This document shows, one piece after another, positions 46,623-56,235 of a stretch of 62,227 nt of DNA (its first letter is position 1; the number at the start of each line of letters is the position of its first letter). The notes beneath the pieces are model-generated. The model saw only the letters and a list, made by a program, of their open reading frames with translations, was not told the origin of the DNA and ran no database searches. The DNA is taken from the NCBI GenBank assembly GCA_041619515.1, contig JBFKDW010000007.1, forward strand, positions 1 through 62,227. Reading direction: 5' to 3'. Made by a program: the position numbers and the translations under genes. Source of the DNA: Acidimicrobiia bacterium. Lineage in GTDB: Bacteria > Actinomycetota > Acidimicrobiia > Spongiisociales > SHLN01.

Positions 46623-47804
46623 TCAGTCGTCGGGCCGGGCCAGCAGCCGGGCGGGCGACACGGCGTCCTCGCCGAAGCGAGACCGAATCTGGTCGACGGC
46701 TGCCGCCACGTCATCCCATGCTGCCGGCCGGTCGAACCCCAGCTGTCGAGGACCTCCGGCCGGTTCGAGCCCACCCACCGCCACACCGAGCAGCCTGACC
46801 GGCTGCGACAGATCGACTCTGTGCAGGAGCTGGCGGACAACTGCGAACAGGTCGTGTGACACGTCCATCGTCGTTGCGGTCGAGTGGCTTCGGGTCACCG
46901 TCGTGAAGTCCGGGAAACGCGCTTTGAGGGTGACCGTCCGCCCCGCCAGGCCGGCGCGCCGCAGACGCGACCCCACGTGCTCGCACTGCTGCAAGAGCTC
47001 TGATTCGATTATCTCTCGATCGGATAGGTCGTGTTCGAACGTCTGCTCGACCGAGATCGACTTTGCTTCGCCGTCGGGGCTGACCGGACGGTCATCGAGC
47101 CCGGCTGCCAACCCGTGCAGGTGCCGGCCGAGCGAGCTGCCGAGCCGATGCTCCAGCGTCGTCAGCGGTACGGCAGCCAGCTCGCCGATGGTGGCGACCC
47201 CGATGCCCTCGAGCGCGGCGAAGGTGGCCTCGCCGACACCCCACAGCCGGCGTACCGGCAGGGGATGCAAGAACTGCAGCTCGGTGCCCGCAGCTATGTG
47301 CATCAAGCCGTCGGGTTTGGCTTCTTCAGAAGCCAGCTTGGCGAGGAACTTGTTGGCGGCGACCCCGACTGAGGCAGGGAGCCCGAGCGTGCTGCGGAGG
47401 GCGAGGCGAAGGTGCTCACCGACCAGCTGTGCGCTCGAGAAGTGCAGGCGCAAACCGGAAACGTCGAGGAATGCCTCATCGACGGACAAGCCCTCGACCA
47501 GCGGCGTAACCGAACGGAACACCGTGAACACCCTTTCAGAAACCTGGCGGTAGAGCCGGTGATTGGGGGGCAGGAAGCGGGCGTGTCGGCACAGTCGCCT
47601 GGCCTGCACCATCGGCATCGCCGAGTGGATCCCATAGCGGCGGGCTTCGTAGCTGGCGGCTGCCACCACGCCGCGATTGCCGAGGCCTCCGACCACCACG
47701 GGAAGGCCGATCAGCTCGGGATTGTGCCGCCGCTCCACCTCGACGAAGAACGCGTCCATGTCGACATGCAGGATCGGCTCGGCGAACGAAGCGAGCTGCC
47801 CCAT
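46623..47804 (-). CDS. dinB: DNA polymerase IV
   Basis: HVDMDAFF, AASYEAR..GIHSAMP, SVDEAFLD, KFLAKLAS..KPDG and KSISVE.TF motifs. Confidence 0.96.
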   Translation of the reverse strand: MGQLASFAEPILHVDMDAFFVEVERRHNPELIGLPVVVGGLGNRGVVAAASYEARRYGIHSAMPMVQARRLCRHARFLPPNHRLYRQVSERVFTVFRSVTPLVEGLSVDEAFLDVSGLRLHFSSAQLVGEHLRLALRSTLGLPASVGVAANKFLAKLASEEAKPDGLMHIAAGTELQFLHPLPVRRLWGVGEATFAALEGIGVATIGELAAVPLTTLEHRLGSSLGRHLHGLAAGLDDRPVSPDGEAKSISVEQTFEHDLSDREIIESELLQQCEHVGSRLRRAGLAGRTVTLKARFPDFTTVTRSHSTATTMDVSHDLFAVVRQLLHRVDLSQPVRLLGVAVGGLEPAGGPRQLGFDRPAAWDDVAAAVDQIRSRFGEDAVSPARLLARPDD

Positions 47805-47824
47805 GGGATCAACCGTAGCCGGCG

Positions 47825-48118
47825 TCACGAGCCGGGTGGCTCAATCGGCCCTTCCCCTTCGCCCGTTTCGTCGCCCGAGAGAGCTGCCCACTCGGCGAGG
47901 GACCGGACGACCAGGACCGAGACGGTGAGCACCCCTGCGAATCCCACCAGCGCCCCAACAGCTCCCCAGAGGATCTCCTCGCCGAGGCAGCCCCCCGGCC
48001 GGCAGGAGAGGCGGGCCACATTGCTCCCCACGAACCATCCCACTGCGGCCGCGATCAGCACCGGCACGGCTATCCACGGGTTCGGCAATCGCCGGTTGGG
48101 TCGCGAGGAATCAGACAT
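47825..48118 (-). CDS. Small two-TM hypothetical protein
   Basis: Two hydrophobic helices flanking a CRPGGC loop. Confidence 0.6.
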   Translation of the reverse strand: MSDSSRPNRRLPNPWIAVPVLIAAAVGWFVGSNVARLSCRPGGCLGEEILWGAVGALVGFAGVLTVSVLVVRSLAEWAALSGDETGEGEGPIEPPGS

Positions 48119-48128
48119 TTCTGCGAGG

Positions 48129-48881
48129 CTACCGGCGGCGGCGGATCGGGCGGCCGCGGTCGTCATAACCCGCCCTGGCGAGAAGATCGGGTGGCACCAG
48201 CTCGGGAGGGACCGCCACCCCCCCGGCAGCGGCAATCAGCGGCCGGACGGCATGTGCCGAGGCAGGCAGCCACGCCAGCACGCCAACGGCGCCGGCCGCT
48301 GCGAGCACCCCGATCATGCCGGGAGCCGTGGTGAAGGCGCCGGCGGCGGCGAGCAGGACCGGCACCAGCAGCCGGGCGCTCCACAGGCCGGCGGGTAGAG
48401 CCCTGGAAAACGCCCACGCGGTCATGAGGGCAGCCAGGCCGGCCAGCCAGTGCAATGCCCCCACTCCTCCCGGCGCGGACACGCCCAGAACGGCCGGCAC
48501 GAACAGCAATCCGAGGGCGAGGGTCATCGCCGGGACGGGAAGTGGCTCGGCGGGTGGCAGCCGGCGCAGGAACCCATCGAGCCACGGTCCGGCCAGCAGC
48601 GTGATCGAAAGCGACGTCGCCAGCAGTGTGAGTCCCCCCCAGACCCCCACATCCATTGCGATTGCCAGGAGCAGCTCGGCCCCCAGAATCCCGAGGCCGA
48701 GCCGGCGGGCCCATTGCCCGCGTGCCAGCACCAACCCGAGGGTTGTGGTGGCAGAAGCAATGACGATCGACGTTGCCAGCAGCGCAGCCGAGCCTTCGTC
48801 GAAGGGGCCGGGATCGATGATGAGGCGCAGGCCCCAGACCATCCCGGCCAGGAGCACCGAGCCGCTGGCGATGAATCCCAT
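48129..48881 (-). CDS. Multi-pass membrane hypothetical protein
   Basis: About 8 hydrophobic segments; CATAAT-6 nt-ATG leaderless signal. Confidence 0.7.
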   Translation of the reverse strand: MGFIASGSVLLAGMVWGLRLIIDPGPFDEGSAALLATSIVIASATTTLGLVLARGQWARRLGLGILGAELLLAIAMDVGVWGGLTLLATSLSITLLAGPWLDGFLRRLPPAEPLPVPAMTLALGLLFVPAVLGVSAPGGVGALHWLAGLAALMTAWAFSRALPAGLWSARLLVPVLLAAAGAFTTAPGMIGVLAAAGAVGVLAWLPASAHAVRPLIAAAGGVAVPPELVPPDLLARAGYDDRGRPIRRRR

Positions 48882-48923
48882 GTTGAGATTATGGTGCGCG
48901 TCGCAGGCGTAGAGCCCGTGCCG

Positions 48924-49562
48924 TCATTTGCCTGCCCCCACCGGGGGCCATTCGGGGGGCGCCGGGCCCTCGACCACCGGGATCCAGTGACCCAGCTCAC
49001 GCCATGGAGTGCCGGGCGTCAGAGTGAGCACGTCGCAGTGCCCAGGTCGGTCACGGTGCAGGCGCTCCAGGGGAATCCCGCGCACGGTCAGCCGGCCCGC
49101 TTGAATCGGGTCTTGGTGGCTGACGACGACGACACCCTCGCCGGGATGGGCGGCCGCCAGCTCCTCGAGTGCTCCGGCGATACGGGCACCGAGCTGTGCG
49201 ATGGACTCCTCGGCGAACGGCAGGTCGGTGGGATGCTCGAGATACGCCTCCAGCTCACCCGGAAAGGCGACCGGGAGGTCTTCCCACGCCACGCCCTTCC
49301 AGCGGCGGGCGACCAGCCACTCGGTGAGGTCTTCCCTCGTCGAGATGGGGGCCCCGCACACCGGCCCGATGATGGCGGCCGTCTCCTGAGCGCGCTGGAG
49401 CGGCGATGCGTAGATGGCGGCAATCGGTCGCCCCTCGAGGTACTCGGCCGCCGCGGCCGCCTCGGCCCGCCCGCGGGCGCTGAGGCCGAAGCCGGGCATG
49501 TCGGCGTAGACAACTCGATCCGGGTTGTCTACTTCGCCGTGACGAACGAGAAATACCGTCAT
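48924..49562 (-). CDS. Histidine phosphatase family protein
   Basis: LVRHG, SPLQRAQETA, E and SH motifs. Confidence 0.9.
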   Translation of the reverse strand: MTVFLVRHGEVDNPDRVVYADMPGFGLSARGRAEAAAAAEYLEGRPIAAIYASPLQRAQETAAIIGPVCGAPISTREDLTEWLVARRWKGVAWEDLPVAFPGELEAYLEHPTDLPFAEESIAQLGARIAGALEELAAAHPGEGVVVVSHQDPIQAGRLTVRGIPLERLHRDRPGHCDVLTLTPGTPWRELGHWIPVVEGPAPPEWPPVGAGK

Positions 49563-49575
49563 CGGCTTGCGCCCG

Positions 49576-50826
49576 CTACTGATGTCGTGCGAAGACGAGT
49601 GCGACGTTGTGGCCCCCGAACCCGAACGAGTTGGTCATCGCCGTGTCGATAACCACCTGTCTGGCCGAGTTCGGGATGTAGTCGAGATCACACTCCGGGT
49701 CCGGTGTCTCGTAGTTGATGGTGGGTGGAAGCACGCCGTCGCGAATCGCCAGCAGGCAGACGAGCGATTCCAGCGCTCCCGCTCCCCCGAGAAGATGGCC
49801 GGTCATCGACTTCGTCGAAGAGATCGGGACCCGGCGAGCGTCGTCGTCACCGAACACCAGCTTGATGGCTGCCGTCTCGGTGGCATCGTTGGCGGGGGTC
49901 GAGGTGCCGTGGGCGTTGATGTAGTCGATGTCGGTGTGGGCTATGCCGGCGTCATCGATCGCGGCTTGCATCGCCCGGGCCGCACCCATGCCTCCGGGCC
50001 GCGGCAGCGTCATGTGGTAGGCGTCGGCCGACATCCCGTACCCGGTGAGCTCGCCGTAGATGGCGGCCCCCCGGCCGATCGCACGCTGGCGCTCCTCGAG
50101 CACGAGGACGGCGGCCCCTTCGGCCATCACGAATCCGTCCCGATCGGCGTCGAACGGGCGGGACGCCCCGGCCGGATCGTCGTTGCGAATGCTCAGCGCC
50201 CGGGTATTGGCGAAGCCACCGACTGCAAACTCGCAAATCGGGGCTTCGGCCCCGCCGGCCACCATGATGTCGGCATCGCCCCGGCGGATCACCGAGGCGG
50301 CGTCGCCGAGCGCGTTGGCGGAGGCGGCGCAGGCAGTGACGGCGGCGGTGTTGGGACCGAGCAAGTTGAATGAAATCGACGCCAATCCGGCGGCCATGTT
50401 CGAGATGATCATCGGGATGGCGAACGGACTGATGCGATCGGCTCCCCGATCCCGCATCACATCGAGCTGCTCCTGAAAAGAGATGACGCCGCCGATGCCC
50501 GAGCCGACCGCCACCCCGGCCCTGGTGGCGGTCTCCTCATCCTCGGTGAGGTCGAGCCCGCTATCTGCCATCGCCTGGGATGTGGCCGCCCAGAAGAACT
50601 GGGCGTAGCGATCCATGCGGCGGGCATCCTTGCGATCGAGGTATTCCTCCGGATCGAAATCGGCCACCTCGGCGGCGATCGATGCCTTCAAATGCGAGGC
50701 GTCGAAGGCGGTGATCGGCCCAACGCCCGACACCCCGCTCTGGACGTTCTTCCAAAAGGTGTCAACGTCCCGGCCGATCGGGTTGACGGTCCCGAGGCCG
50801 GTTACGACCACTCGACGTTCTTCCAC
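49576..50826 (-). CDS. fabF: Beta-ketoacyl-ACP synthase II
   Basis: TACA, NAHGTST, KSMTGHLLG and NSFGFGGHN motifs. Confidence 0.96.
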   Translation of the reverse strand: MEERRVVVTGLGTVNPIGRDVDTFWKNVQSGVSGVGPITAFDASHLKASIAAEVADFDPEEYLDRKDARRMDRYAQFFWAATSQAMADSGLDLTEDEETATRAGVAVGSGIGGVISFQEQLDVMRDRGADRISPFAIPMIISNMAAGLASISFNLLGPNTAAVTACAASANALGDAASVIRRGDADIMVAGGAEAPICEFAVGGFANTRALSIRNDDPAGASRPFDADRDGFVMAEGAAVLVLEERQRAIGRGAAIYGELTGYGMSADAYHMTLPRPGGMGAARAMQAAIDDAGIAHTDIDYINAHGTSTPANDATETAAIKLVFGDDDARRVPISSTKSMTGHLLGGAGALESLVCLLAIRDGVLPPTINYETPDPECDLDYIPNSARQVVIDTAMTNSFGFGGHNVALVFARHQ

Positions 50827-50827
50827 C

Positions 50828-51073
50828 TCAGCCCGCGAGCTTGGACATCACCAGGTCGACGGCCTGCCCGACGTTGCCGATCTTCTCAGCTTCCTCGTCC
50901 GGGATCTTGACGTCGAAGTTGTCCTCGAGTGCCATCAGCAGCTCCACGACACCCAGAGAGTCGATCTCGAGGTCCTCCTCAAAGGTCGCCTCCATCGAGA
51001 TGCGGTCAGCTTCGACGCCGAGCTCATCCACCAGAAGGCCTGTCAGCTTCTTCTCTACCTCTTCACGGTCCAC
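50828..51073 (-). CDS. acpP: Acyl carrier protein
   Basis: DLEIDSLG..EL.MALED.F motif. Confidence 0.95.
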   Translation of the reverse strand: MDREEVEKKLTGLLVDELGVEADRISMEATFEEDLEIDSLGVVELLMALEDNFDVKIPDEEAEKIGNVGQAVDLVMSKLAG

Positions 51074-51085
51074 GGAGTCTCTCCT

Positions 51086-51823
51086 CTAGATAGCCAGGCC
51101 GCCATCGACGACCAGTACTTGTCCGGTTACATATGCCGCCTGCTCGGAGGCAAGATAGCCGACCGCGGCGGAAACTTCGTCTGGGGTTCCAAACCTGCCC
51201 ATGGTGATCCGCCCCTGTGCCAGCTCACGACTGGTGTCATCGATCGCGCCGGTCATGTCGGTTTCGATGAACCCGGGGGCAACGGCGTTGACGGTGATGC
51301 CGCGGGATCCGACCTCCTTGGCCACAGATTTCGTGAAGCCGACGATGCCCGCCTTGGCGGCGGCGTAGTTGGCCTGGCCAGCGTTTCCCGAGAGGCCGGA
51401 AACCGATGTCACCGAAATGACCCGCCCCCATCGAGCCTTCAGCATTGCCCGCAGCGCCGTCTTCGTGCAGAGGAACACCGACCGGAGGTTCACCGCCAGC
51501 ACATGATCCCAGTCTTCGGCGGTCAGGCGCAGGAGCAGGTTGTCACGCACGACCCCGGCATTGTTGACGAGTATCTCGACCGGCCCGAGAGACTCGTGGA
51601 CGGCGGCGAACAGGTCGGCAACGCCCGCCTCGGTGCCAACATCGGCACCGACCGCAACCGCCTCCCCGCCGGCGGCGCGGATCTCCTCGACCACCGCCTG
51701 GGCCTCGTCCTTGGCTCGCACGTAGTTGACGGCCACCTGGTGGCCGTCGGCCGCGAGGCGGGCGGCCACGGCCCGGCCGATGCCGCGCGAACCTCCCGTC
51801 ACCAGTGCAACCCTGGAGCTCAT
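51086..51823 (-). CDS. fabG: 3-oxoacyl-ACP reductase
   Basis: TGGSRGIG, NNAG..RD, GQANYAAAK and PGFIETDMT motifs. Confidence 0.95.
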   Translation of the reverse strand: MSSRVALVTGGSRGIGRAVAARLAADGHQVAVNYVRAKDEAQAVVEEIRAAGGEAVAVGADVGTEAGVADLFAAVHESLGPVEILVNNAGVVRDNLLLRLTAEDWDHVLAVNLRSVFLCTKTALRAMLKARWGRVISVTSVSGLSGNAGQANYAAAKAGIVGFTKSVAKEVGSRGITVNAVAPGFIETDMTGAIDDTSRELAQGRITMGRFGTPDEVSAAVGYLASEQAAYVTGQVLVVDGGLAI

Positions 51824-52908
51824 CTGGCTGGACCGCCGCCAAAGTAGGCGAAGTTCTCGGCAAGGAGCGCCATCACGTCGCCGTCGGCCGGGGGCAGCTC
51901 TTCGTCTGTGTGACCGAGCGGCTCGACCCGGGAGCCGAACTCGAAGGCGGCGGCCGCCCAGCTCAGCCCGCCCCCGAAGGCGGCAAACACGATCTTGGCA
52001 CCCGGCTGGATGCGCCCGGCCTCCAGAGCCTCGGTCAGGGCGATCGGAATGGTCGCGGCCGAGGTGTTTCCGTAGGAGGCGATGTTGACGAAGACCTTCG
52101 AGGAATCCAGCTGCAGGCGGCGGGCGGTGGCATCGATGATGCGGGTGTTCGCCTGGTGGGGAATCAGGATATCCACCTCGTCGAGTGCCCATCCGGCGTC
52201 GGCAACTACTTTGGTGGCGGCGTCTCCCATCGCGGTCACTGCGCGCTTGAAGACTTCAGGCCCGTTCATCGAGACCGCCATGTGCTTGTGGTTCTGCTCC
52301 AGCTCCATCCGGTTGGTGGCCGTCCCGCTGCCGGGCGACCAGAGGATGTTGGCCAGCGAGCCGTCTGATCCCATCTCGGATCCTCGCAGGCCGCCGGGCT
52401 CGTCGGTGCGCTGAACGACCACGGCGCCCGCCCCGTCGCCAAACAGCACGGCCGTTGCCCGATCCGTGAAATCGATGAAGTAGGTCAAACGCTCGGCACC
52501 GATAACCACGGCGGTGTCGATCACTCCTGCCTGCACCATGCCGCTCGCCATGATCAAGCTGTAGAGGAACCCGGAGCACGCCGCGTTCTGATCGACGGCG
52601 CCGGCGTTGGTGGCGCCAAGCTTGTCCTGCACAACTGAGGCACTTGACGGGATGAGCGTGTCCGGGGTGCAGGTGGCCACGCTGACGAGGTCGACGTCGG
52701 TTGCCGCCAAGCCCGCCGCCGCCAATGCCCGTTTGCCCGCCAGGGTTGCCAGCTCGGAGGTCCCCACGTGGCTGATGCGCCGCTCCTTGATGCCGGTGCG
52801 GGAGGTGATCCAGTCGTCGTTGGTGTCGACGAGGGCCTCGAGATCATGGTTGGTGAGCACCGTAGGCGGCAGGCACTTGCCCCAGCCGGTAATCGACGAA
52901 TGTGTCAC
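51820..52908 (-). CDS. fabH: Beta-ketoacyl-ACP synthase III
   Basis: WI.SRTGI.ERR, AACSGF, FGDGAGA, PHQAN and GNTSAA motifs. Confidence 0.95.
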   Translation of the reverse strand: MTHSSITGWGKCLPPTVLTNHDLEALVDTNDDWITSRTGIKERRISHVGTSELATLAGKRALAAAGLAATDVDLVSVATCTPDTLIPSSASVVQDKLGATNAGAVDQNAACSGFLYSLIMASGMVQAGVIDTAVVIGAERLTYFIDFTDRATAVLFGDGAGAVVVQRTDEPGGLRGSEMGSDGSLANILWSPGSGTATNRMELEQNHKHMAVSMNGPEVFKRAVTAMGDAATKVVADAGWALDEVDILIPHQANTRIIDATARRLQLDSSKVFVNIASYGNTSAATIPIALTEALEAGRIQPGAKIVFAAFGGGLSWAAAAFEFGSRVEPLGHTDEELPPADGDVMALLAENFAYFGGGPAR

Positions 52909-52924
52909 GACATCCTCCCCGAGG

Positions 52925-53857
52925 TCATTGTACGAGCGAACCAATGCGGTCTGCCGCTTCTTCCACATCGACAACGTGACTGAGGTGGTGCACTTCGGCC
53001 TCGGGCACTGTGCGTTTCGCCATCGTCGCCGTGACGCTCCCCGGCCCGATGTGCAAGAACATTCGGATCCCCGACTCCCCCATGCCGGCCAGGGTCTGGG
53101 TGAAGCGGACTGGTGCCACAACCTGTTGCAGGAGCGCAGTGCGGTGGTCGTCGACCGGACCGGCTGTGAGGTTGGTCCAGACCGGGAATGTGGTGGGCCC
53201 CAGGTCAACTCCGTCGAGCGCCTGGGCCAGCGGCCCGACCGCCCCCTCCATGAACGGAGAGTGGAACGCTCCTGCCACCTTCAGGGGGATCACCTTGCGA
53301 CCTCCAAAATCCAGAGCATGACCGGTGAACCAGTCGAGGTCGCGGATGCCGCCGGCGAGAACCACCTGTCCGGGACCGTTGTAGTTGGCGACCCAGAGCG
53401 ATCCGCCGTCTGCCCTCCTGGTCCTGGCTGCTTCCTCGGCCGCGGAATCGTCTATGCCGAGCACCGCCACCATGCCGCTGGGCTCTCGTGCAGCCGCCCC
53501 GGCCATCGCCCGGCCGCGGGCGGCGACCAGCGACAGGCCGGTGGCGAAGTCGAAGAGCCCGGCCGCCGCCAGCGCCGTGTACTCGCCGAGCGAATGCCCG
53601 GCTGCCGCGGCAGGCGGCTTGGCGACCAGCCGCCCGAGGTCGTCCCACAGAAGAAAGGAGAGGGCGTACAGCGCCGGCTGCAGATGGTCGGTCCGCAGCA
53701 GTTCCTCCTCGGGACCGTTCAGGCACACATCGCGCAGCGACCAGCCGAGGATCTCGTCGGCGACCGGTCCGAGCAGCTCGGGATGCTTGTCGAACAGGTC
53801 GGCACCCATGCCCACGTGCTGGATCCCTTGCCCGGGGAAGAGGATGGCGTATGTCAC
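52925..53857 (-). CDS. fabD: Malonyl-CoA:ACP transacylase
   Basis: FPGQG, GHSLGEY and AFHS motifs. Confidence 0.95.
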   Translation of the reverse strand: MTYAILFPGQGIQHVGMGADLFDKHPELLGPVADEILGWSLRDVCLNGPEEELLRTDHLQPALYALSFLLWDDLGRLVAKPPAAAAGHSLGEYTALAAAGLFDFATGLSLVAARGRAMAGAAAREPSGMVAVLGIDDSAAEEAARTRRADGGSLWVANYNGPGQVVLAGGIRDLDWFTGHALDFGGRKVIPLKVAGAFHSPFMEGAVGPLAQALDGVDLGPTTFPVWTNLTAGPVDDHRTALLQQVVAPVRFTQTLAGMGESGIRMFLHIGPGSVTATMAKRTVPEAEVHHLSHVVDVEEAADRIGSLVQ

Positions 53858-53997
53858 AGGTTTCAGACTCCTCGGAGCAGGCTCGGGTTACGACCCGGGC
53901 AGGATCCGATAGCGCCGGAGGATTGTACGTCAAAGTTGCCTGACAAACCCGAGCGGCGCCTAAAGTCACGCGCTGCATCTACCGAGGTTGTGTCTCC

Positions 53998-56136
53998 ATG
54001 ATCGTTGAAATCCCAGTCATACCAGGACCGCAGGTGGCACTGCCGGAAGAGTTCGACCGCCTCTACGACCTCGCCAACAACATCTGGTGGGCGTGGGACG
54101 ATGAGGCAAACGAGCTGTGGGCCCGGATAGACGCCCAGCGCTGGCACGACGTCCAGAACCCGATCTCGTTCCTGCAGGGAGTGGAACCGTCCACCTGGGA
54201 GTCCCTGAGCGCCGACCCCCGCTTTGTCGACTCGTACAGCAACGTCGTGCGCCGCTTCGACGCGTACATGGCCTCTGATGACACTTGGAACGCCAACAAC
54301 GGCCACGTGATGCGCGGCCCGGTCGCCTACCTCTGCACCGAGTACGGCCTCCAGACCAAGCTCCCCTTCTACTCCGGCGGTCTCGGAGTCCTCGCCGGCG
54401 ACCACCTCAAGACCGCGTCCGACCTCGGCATCCCGATGGTGGCGGTGGGCCTGTTGTTCCGCCGCGGCTACTTCCGGCAGGCGGTCGATCCGGGTGGCGA
54501 CCAGCAGCACTACTACCCCTCACTCGACCTGTCACGGCGCCCGATCCACCCCGTGACCGGCCGGAGCGGCTCACAGCTGCAGGTGGAGCTCGACTTCCCC
54601 GGCCGGAGCATCATGGCGGCAGCCTGGAAACTGCAGGTCGGCCGTGTTCCCCTCATCATGCTGGACACCGATGTTGCCGAGAACGACCCGGCCGACCGCA
54701 CCATCACCCACCACCTGTACGTGCGGGGCCGTGACATGCGCCTTGCGCAGGAGCTCGTCCTCGGGGTGGGCGCCGTCAAGGTGATGCGCAAACTGGGGAT
54801 CACCCCGGCCACCTGGCACGTGAACGAAGGACACGCCGCCTTCAGCGTTCTCGAGCGGACGACCCGCCGGATGCGCGAGGGCGTCGGGTTCGACGAGGCG
54901 CAGCGCCAGGTACGGGCCAAGACCCTCTTCACGCTTCACACCCCGGTGCCGGCCGGCAACGAGCGGTTCGATCTCGGCCAGGTACTCCGCTACACCGACT
55001 ACCTATTCCCGGAGCTCGACTCGTCGACCATCGCCAAACTGGGACAGACGAACGAGCATCACGACGGCGCTTTCGACATGGGAGCCCTCGCCATCCGGTT
55101 CGCCAGCTACGTCAACGGAGTCAGCAAGCGCCACGGCGAGGTCGCCACCAGCCAGTGGAGCCACCTGATCGGCGGATCTGCGAATTCGGTCACCAACGGG
55201 GTGCACGTGCCGAGCTGGGTCGGCCACTCGATCGCCCGGGTGTTCACCGATGCGCTCGGCACCGACTGGCCCACCCGTCTCACCACCCGCGAGCCCTGGG
55301 AAGCTATCCGCGAGGTTCCCGACGACGAGCTATGGCACGCGCACCTGGCGCAGAAGAACGCCATGACTCGCCAAGTACGGAGGCGTCTCATGTCCGAGTT
55401 CAGCCGGCACGGTGCCAGCCCGGACACCCTGCGCGAAGTCCGGGAGATCCTGCCTCCTGATCGGCTGACCATCGGCTTTGCCCGCAGATTCGCCACCTAC
55501 AAGCGAGCCACGCTCCTGCTGCAGGACCTGCCTCGCCTGCAGGCGATCATGACCCACGCCGAACGGCCGGTGCAATTCATCTTCGCCGGGAAGGCACACC
55601 CGGCCGACGCCAGCGGCCAGGAGCTGATCCGGCGCGTCGTCCAGCTCTCGCAACGGCCTGAATTCAGGGGACACCTGTTCTTCGTCGAGGACTACGACAT
55701 GTCGGTCGGCCAGCTCCTGACCGGAGGCTGCGACGTCTGGCTCAACAACCCGGTCCCCCCCAAGGAAGCCAGCGGGACCTCAGGCATGAAGTCGGCCCTC
55801 AACGGCGGCCTGAACCTGAGCGTGCCGGATGGCTGGTGGGCGGAGGCTGCGGTCCACGGCGAGAACGGCTGGACGTTCGGTCCCTCCGGGCTCGAAGCCC
55901 AGGATGACCATCACGACGCAGCCGAGCTCTACGGGCTGCTCGAAGATCAGGTGGTCCCGTTGTTCTACGACCGGGACGGCGACGGCGTCCCGAAAGCTTG
56001 GGTTCGGATGATGAAAGAGGCGATTCTCAGCACGGTGTTCGACTTCTCGACCCACCGCATGCTCATGGACTACGCCAACGGCGCCTACTTTCCGCTCGGT
56101 GGAGACCCCAAGCCCGAAGAGCAAACCGGCGAGTGA
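53998..56136 (+). CDS. glgP: Alpha-glucan (glycogen/maltodextrin) phosphorylase
   Basis: YSGGLGVLAGDHLK, NEGH, FARRFATYKRA and EASGTSGMK (PLP lysine) motifs. Confidence 0.95.
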   Translation: MIVEIPVIPGPQVALPEEFDRLYDLANNIWWAWDDEANELWARIDAQRWHDVQNPISFLQGVEPSTWESLSADPRFVDSYSNVVRRFDAYMASDDTWNANNGHVMRGPVAYLCTEYGLQTKLPFYSGGLGVLAGDHLKTASDLGIPMVAVGLLFRRGYFRQAVDPGGDQQHYYPSLDLSRRPIHPVTGRSGSQLQVELDFPGRSIMAAAWKLQVGRVPLIMLDTDVAENDPADRTITHHLYVRGRDMRLAQELVLGVGAVKVMRKLGITPATWHVNEGHAAFSVLERTTRRMREGVGFDEAQRQVRAKTLFTLHTPVPAGNERFDLGQVLRYTDYLFPELDSSTIAKLGQTNEHHDGAFDMGALAIRFASYVNGVSKRHGEVATSQWSHLIGGSANSVTNGVHVPSWVGHSIARVFTDALGTDWPTRLTTREPWEAIREVPDDELWHAHLAQKNAMTRQVRRRLMSEFSRHGASPDTLREVREILPPDRLTIGFARRFATYKRATLLLQDLPRLQAIMTHAERPVQFIFAGKAHPADASGQELIRRVVQLSQRPEFRGHLFFVEDYDMSVGQLLTGGCDVWLNNPVPPKEASGTSGMKSALNGGLNLSVPDGWWAEAAVHGENGWTFGPSGLEAQDDHHDAAELYGLLEDQVVPLFYDRDGDGVPKAWVRMMKEAILSTVFDFSTHRMLMDYANGAYFPLGGDPKPEEQTGE

Positions 56137-56153
56137 CGGGCTCGCGAGCACAC

Positions 56154-56181
56154 TTGTCAAGCTGCCGGGATCGGCTATCTT
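56154..56181 (+). promoter_or_regulatory. Candidate sigma70-type promoter for the GGDEF gene
   Basis: TTGTCA-16 nt-TATCTT. Confidence 0.4.
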
Positions 56182-56235
56182 GGCCCGGGAACACCGCCGC
56201 TACCGCCGCTCTTCGCCTTCCGGAAGCCCACCCAC

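Noticed and set aside
47035..47050. TCGAACGTCTGCTCGA, one mismatch from the actinobacterial SOS box
   Set aside because: It lies inside the dinB coding region about 500 nt from any start; no SOS box is seen at the dinB promoter
53881..53944. GCTCGGGT-TACG-ACCCGGGC hairpin and GTCA-N8-TGAC in the fabD/glgP spacer
   Set aside because: Short and imperfect; cannot be distinguished from chance without comparative data
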